Virus record (IMG/VR): IMGVR_UViG_3300044691_000116
Location: 9,234-73,233 of that record
Strand: one strand, 5' to 3'
Length of the DNA stretch: 64,000 bases
From: a virus
The notes under the pieces were generated by a model. It had not been told where the DNA came from and did no database searches. It saw only the letters and a program-made list of their open reading frames with translations. Positions 63,125-64,000 of the stretch are shown in pieces. The position numbers were made by a program, and so were the translations under genes. Position 1 is the stretch's first letter; each line of letters begins with the position of its first letter.

Positions 63125-63391
63125 ATGCAGCCCCTGATCCCCATCGAGAACAGTTCCAACCTCGCAGGCTGGGCCTTTGACTCCGCTACCGGCGTCATGG
63201 CTATCGCCTTCAAGAGCGACGAGCGGCCACATCTATACCGCGACGCTCCACCCCACAAGGTCGAAGGCTTCAAGGCCGCGGTGAGCAAAGGCCGGTTCTT
63301 GATCGCCGAGATCCGCGACCAGCACGACCACGAATCGCCGGACGGCACGGTCACGCCGGCGGCGAAGCGCACTGCAGGCGAGACCACCTAA
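63125..63391 (+). CDS. KTSC-domain protein
   Basis: SSNL....D......I.F......Y...P.......A.SKG.F...IR. Confidence 0.8.
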   Translation: MQPLIPIENSSNLAGWAFDSATGVMAIAFKSDERPHLYRDAPPHKVEGFKAAVSKGRFLIAEIRDQHDHESPDGTVTPAAKRTAGETT

Positions 63392-63397
63392 GTTTCC

Positions 63398-63488
63398 GGG
63401 GCGACGCTTCGGCGGTCGCTGCGCGGGTCAAGTCCTCCCCCTTTCAGATCACCGCAGCGTTTCCCGATCCTCACATAAGCGTCGCCCC
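63398..63488 (+). ncRNA. Candidate structured RNA with a CU-rich loop
   Basis: 12-bp GGGGCGACGCTT/AAGCGTCGCCCC outer stem, 7-bp CGCTGCG/CGCAGCG inner stem, loop containing TCCTCCCCCTTT. Confidence 0.5.
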
Positions 63489-63521
63489 ACTTTCTAGCCA
63501 CTAACTATTTCAGGAGAAACA

Positions 63522-63929
63522 GTGAACGCACCGCAATCCGTCCAGTCGCACTTCGCGACCATCGCCGCGCTGGCGATCGGCGCCACCCTCGAAGGCGGCC
63601 AGTTCGCAGGCCTCATCACGCTCCCGGACGGCAAGCACGTCGCCGTGGTGCTGCTGCCCAACAAATCCGACAAGCGCCTGCGCTGGGCCGACGCCATGGC
63701 CTGGGCAACGGAAGTCGGCGGCCAGTTGCCGTCGCGCCCCGTCGCCGCGCTGCTGTTTGCGAACCTCCGCGGCGAGTTCGAGAAGACCTGGCACTGGACG
63801 AACGAGACGCACGAAGCAGACGACTCGTGTGCCTGGGGTTGCAGCTTCCTCGGCGGCTACCAGGGCCACAACGGCAAGTCCTCCGAGGGCAGCGCCCGAG
63901 CCGTCCGCTTGATTCACATCACCGACTGA
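63522..63929 (+). CDS. DUF1566 (Lcl/C-type-lectin-fold) protein
   Basis: GG.FAG, W.DA..WA...GG.LPSR, WHWT.E, AW...F..G.Q....K.....ARAVR. Confidence 0.85.
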   Translation: MNAPQSVQSHFATIAALAIGATLEGGQFAGLITLPDGKHVAVVLLPNKSDKRLRWADAMAWATEVGGQLPSRPVAALLFANLRGEFEKTWHWTNETHEADDSCAWGCSFLGGYQGHNGKSSEGSARAVRLIHITD

Positions 63930-64000
63930 ATCCTTCAATCCTTCAGTCCACTCGAGGAGATGACCCAATGACCGAAATCACGCTGCAGGCCGTTCGCGCC

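Noticed and set aside
63522-64000. DUF1566 gene as a diversity-generating retroelement target
   Set aside because: No reverse transcriptase and no template-repeat copy of its 3' end in the window; cannot be excluded beyond the edge
1-64000. Host chromosomal flank or prophage boundary
   Set aside because: Phage-type genes lie on both sides of the att region and at both window ends; no housekeeping genes were seen

Overview
The window is most of one GC-rich temperate myovirus genome, probably infecting a Burkholderiales-type betaproteobacterium (host is my inference). It is in the excised or circular arrangement, with phage genes on both sides of an intact attP. Order: end of the early operon with xis and a tyrosine integrase (1-3564); a complete convergent tRNA-Val(CAC) and attP (3566-3820); a Wzy-like moron and structured intergenic region (4071-5595); a long minus-strand late operon (45.1 kb down to 5.6 kb) with a ~10 kb carbohydrate-active/fibre block, terminase, portal, head, contractile tail, baseplate, tailspike, lysis and nucleotide genes; Q/nin, dnaB, an O-like initiator with iterons, cII-like and cro/cI with five operators (45.2-57.6 kb); then the start of the early recombination operon (57.6-64 kb). 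Best leads: (1) attP holds only the anticodon stem-loop of a tRNA-Val(CAC), and a complete replacement tRNA with a different stem lies 57 nt downstream; (2) a cluster of probable virion-displayed glycan enzymes, including a GH5 mannanase-like domain split by two inserted modules that also occur in baseplate J; (3) a phage-encoded PEP-CTERM protein; (4) a candidate pseudoknotted sRNA with its own promoter and terminator; (5) three tandem stand-alone tail-fibre anchor paralogues. All family calls come from motif recognition by eye; no searches were run.
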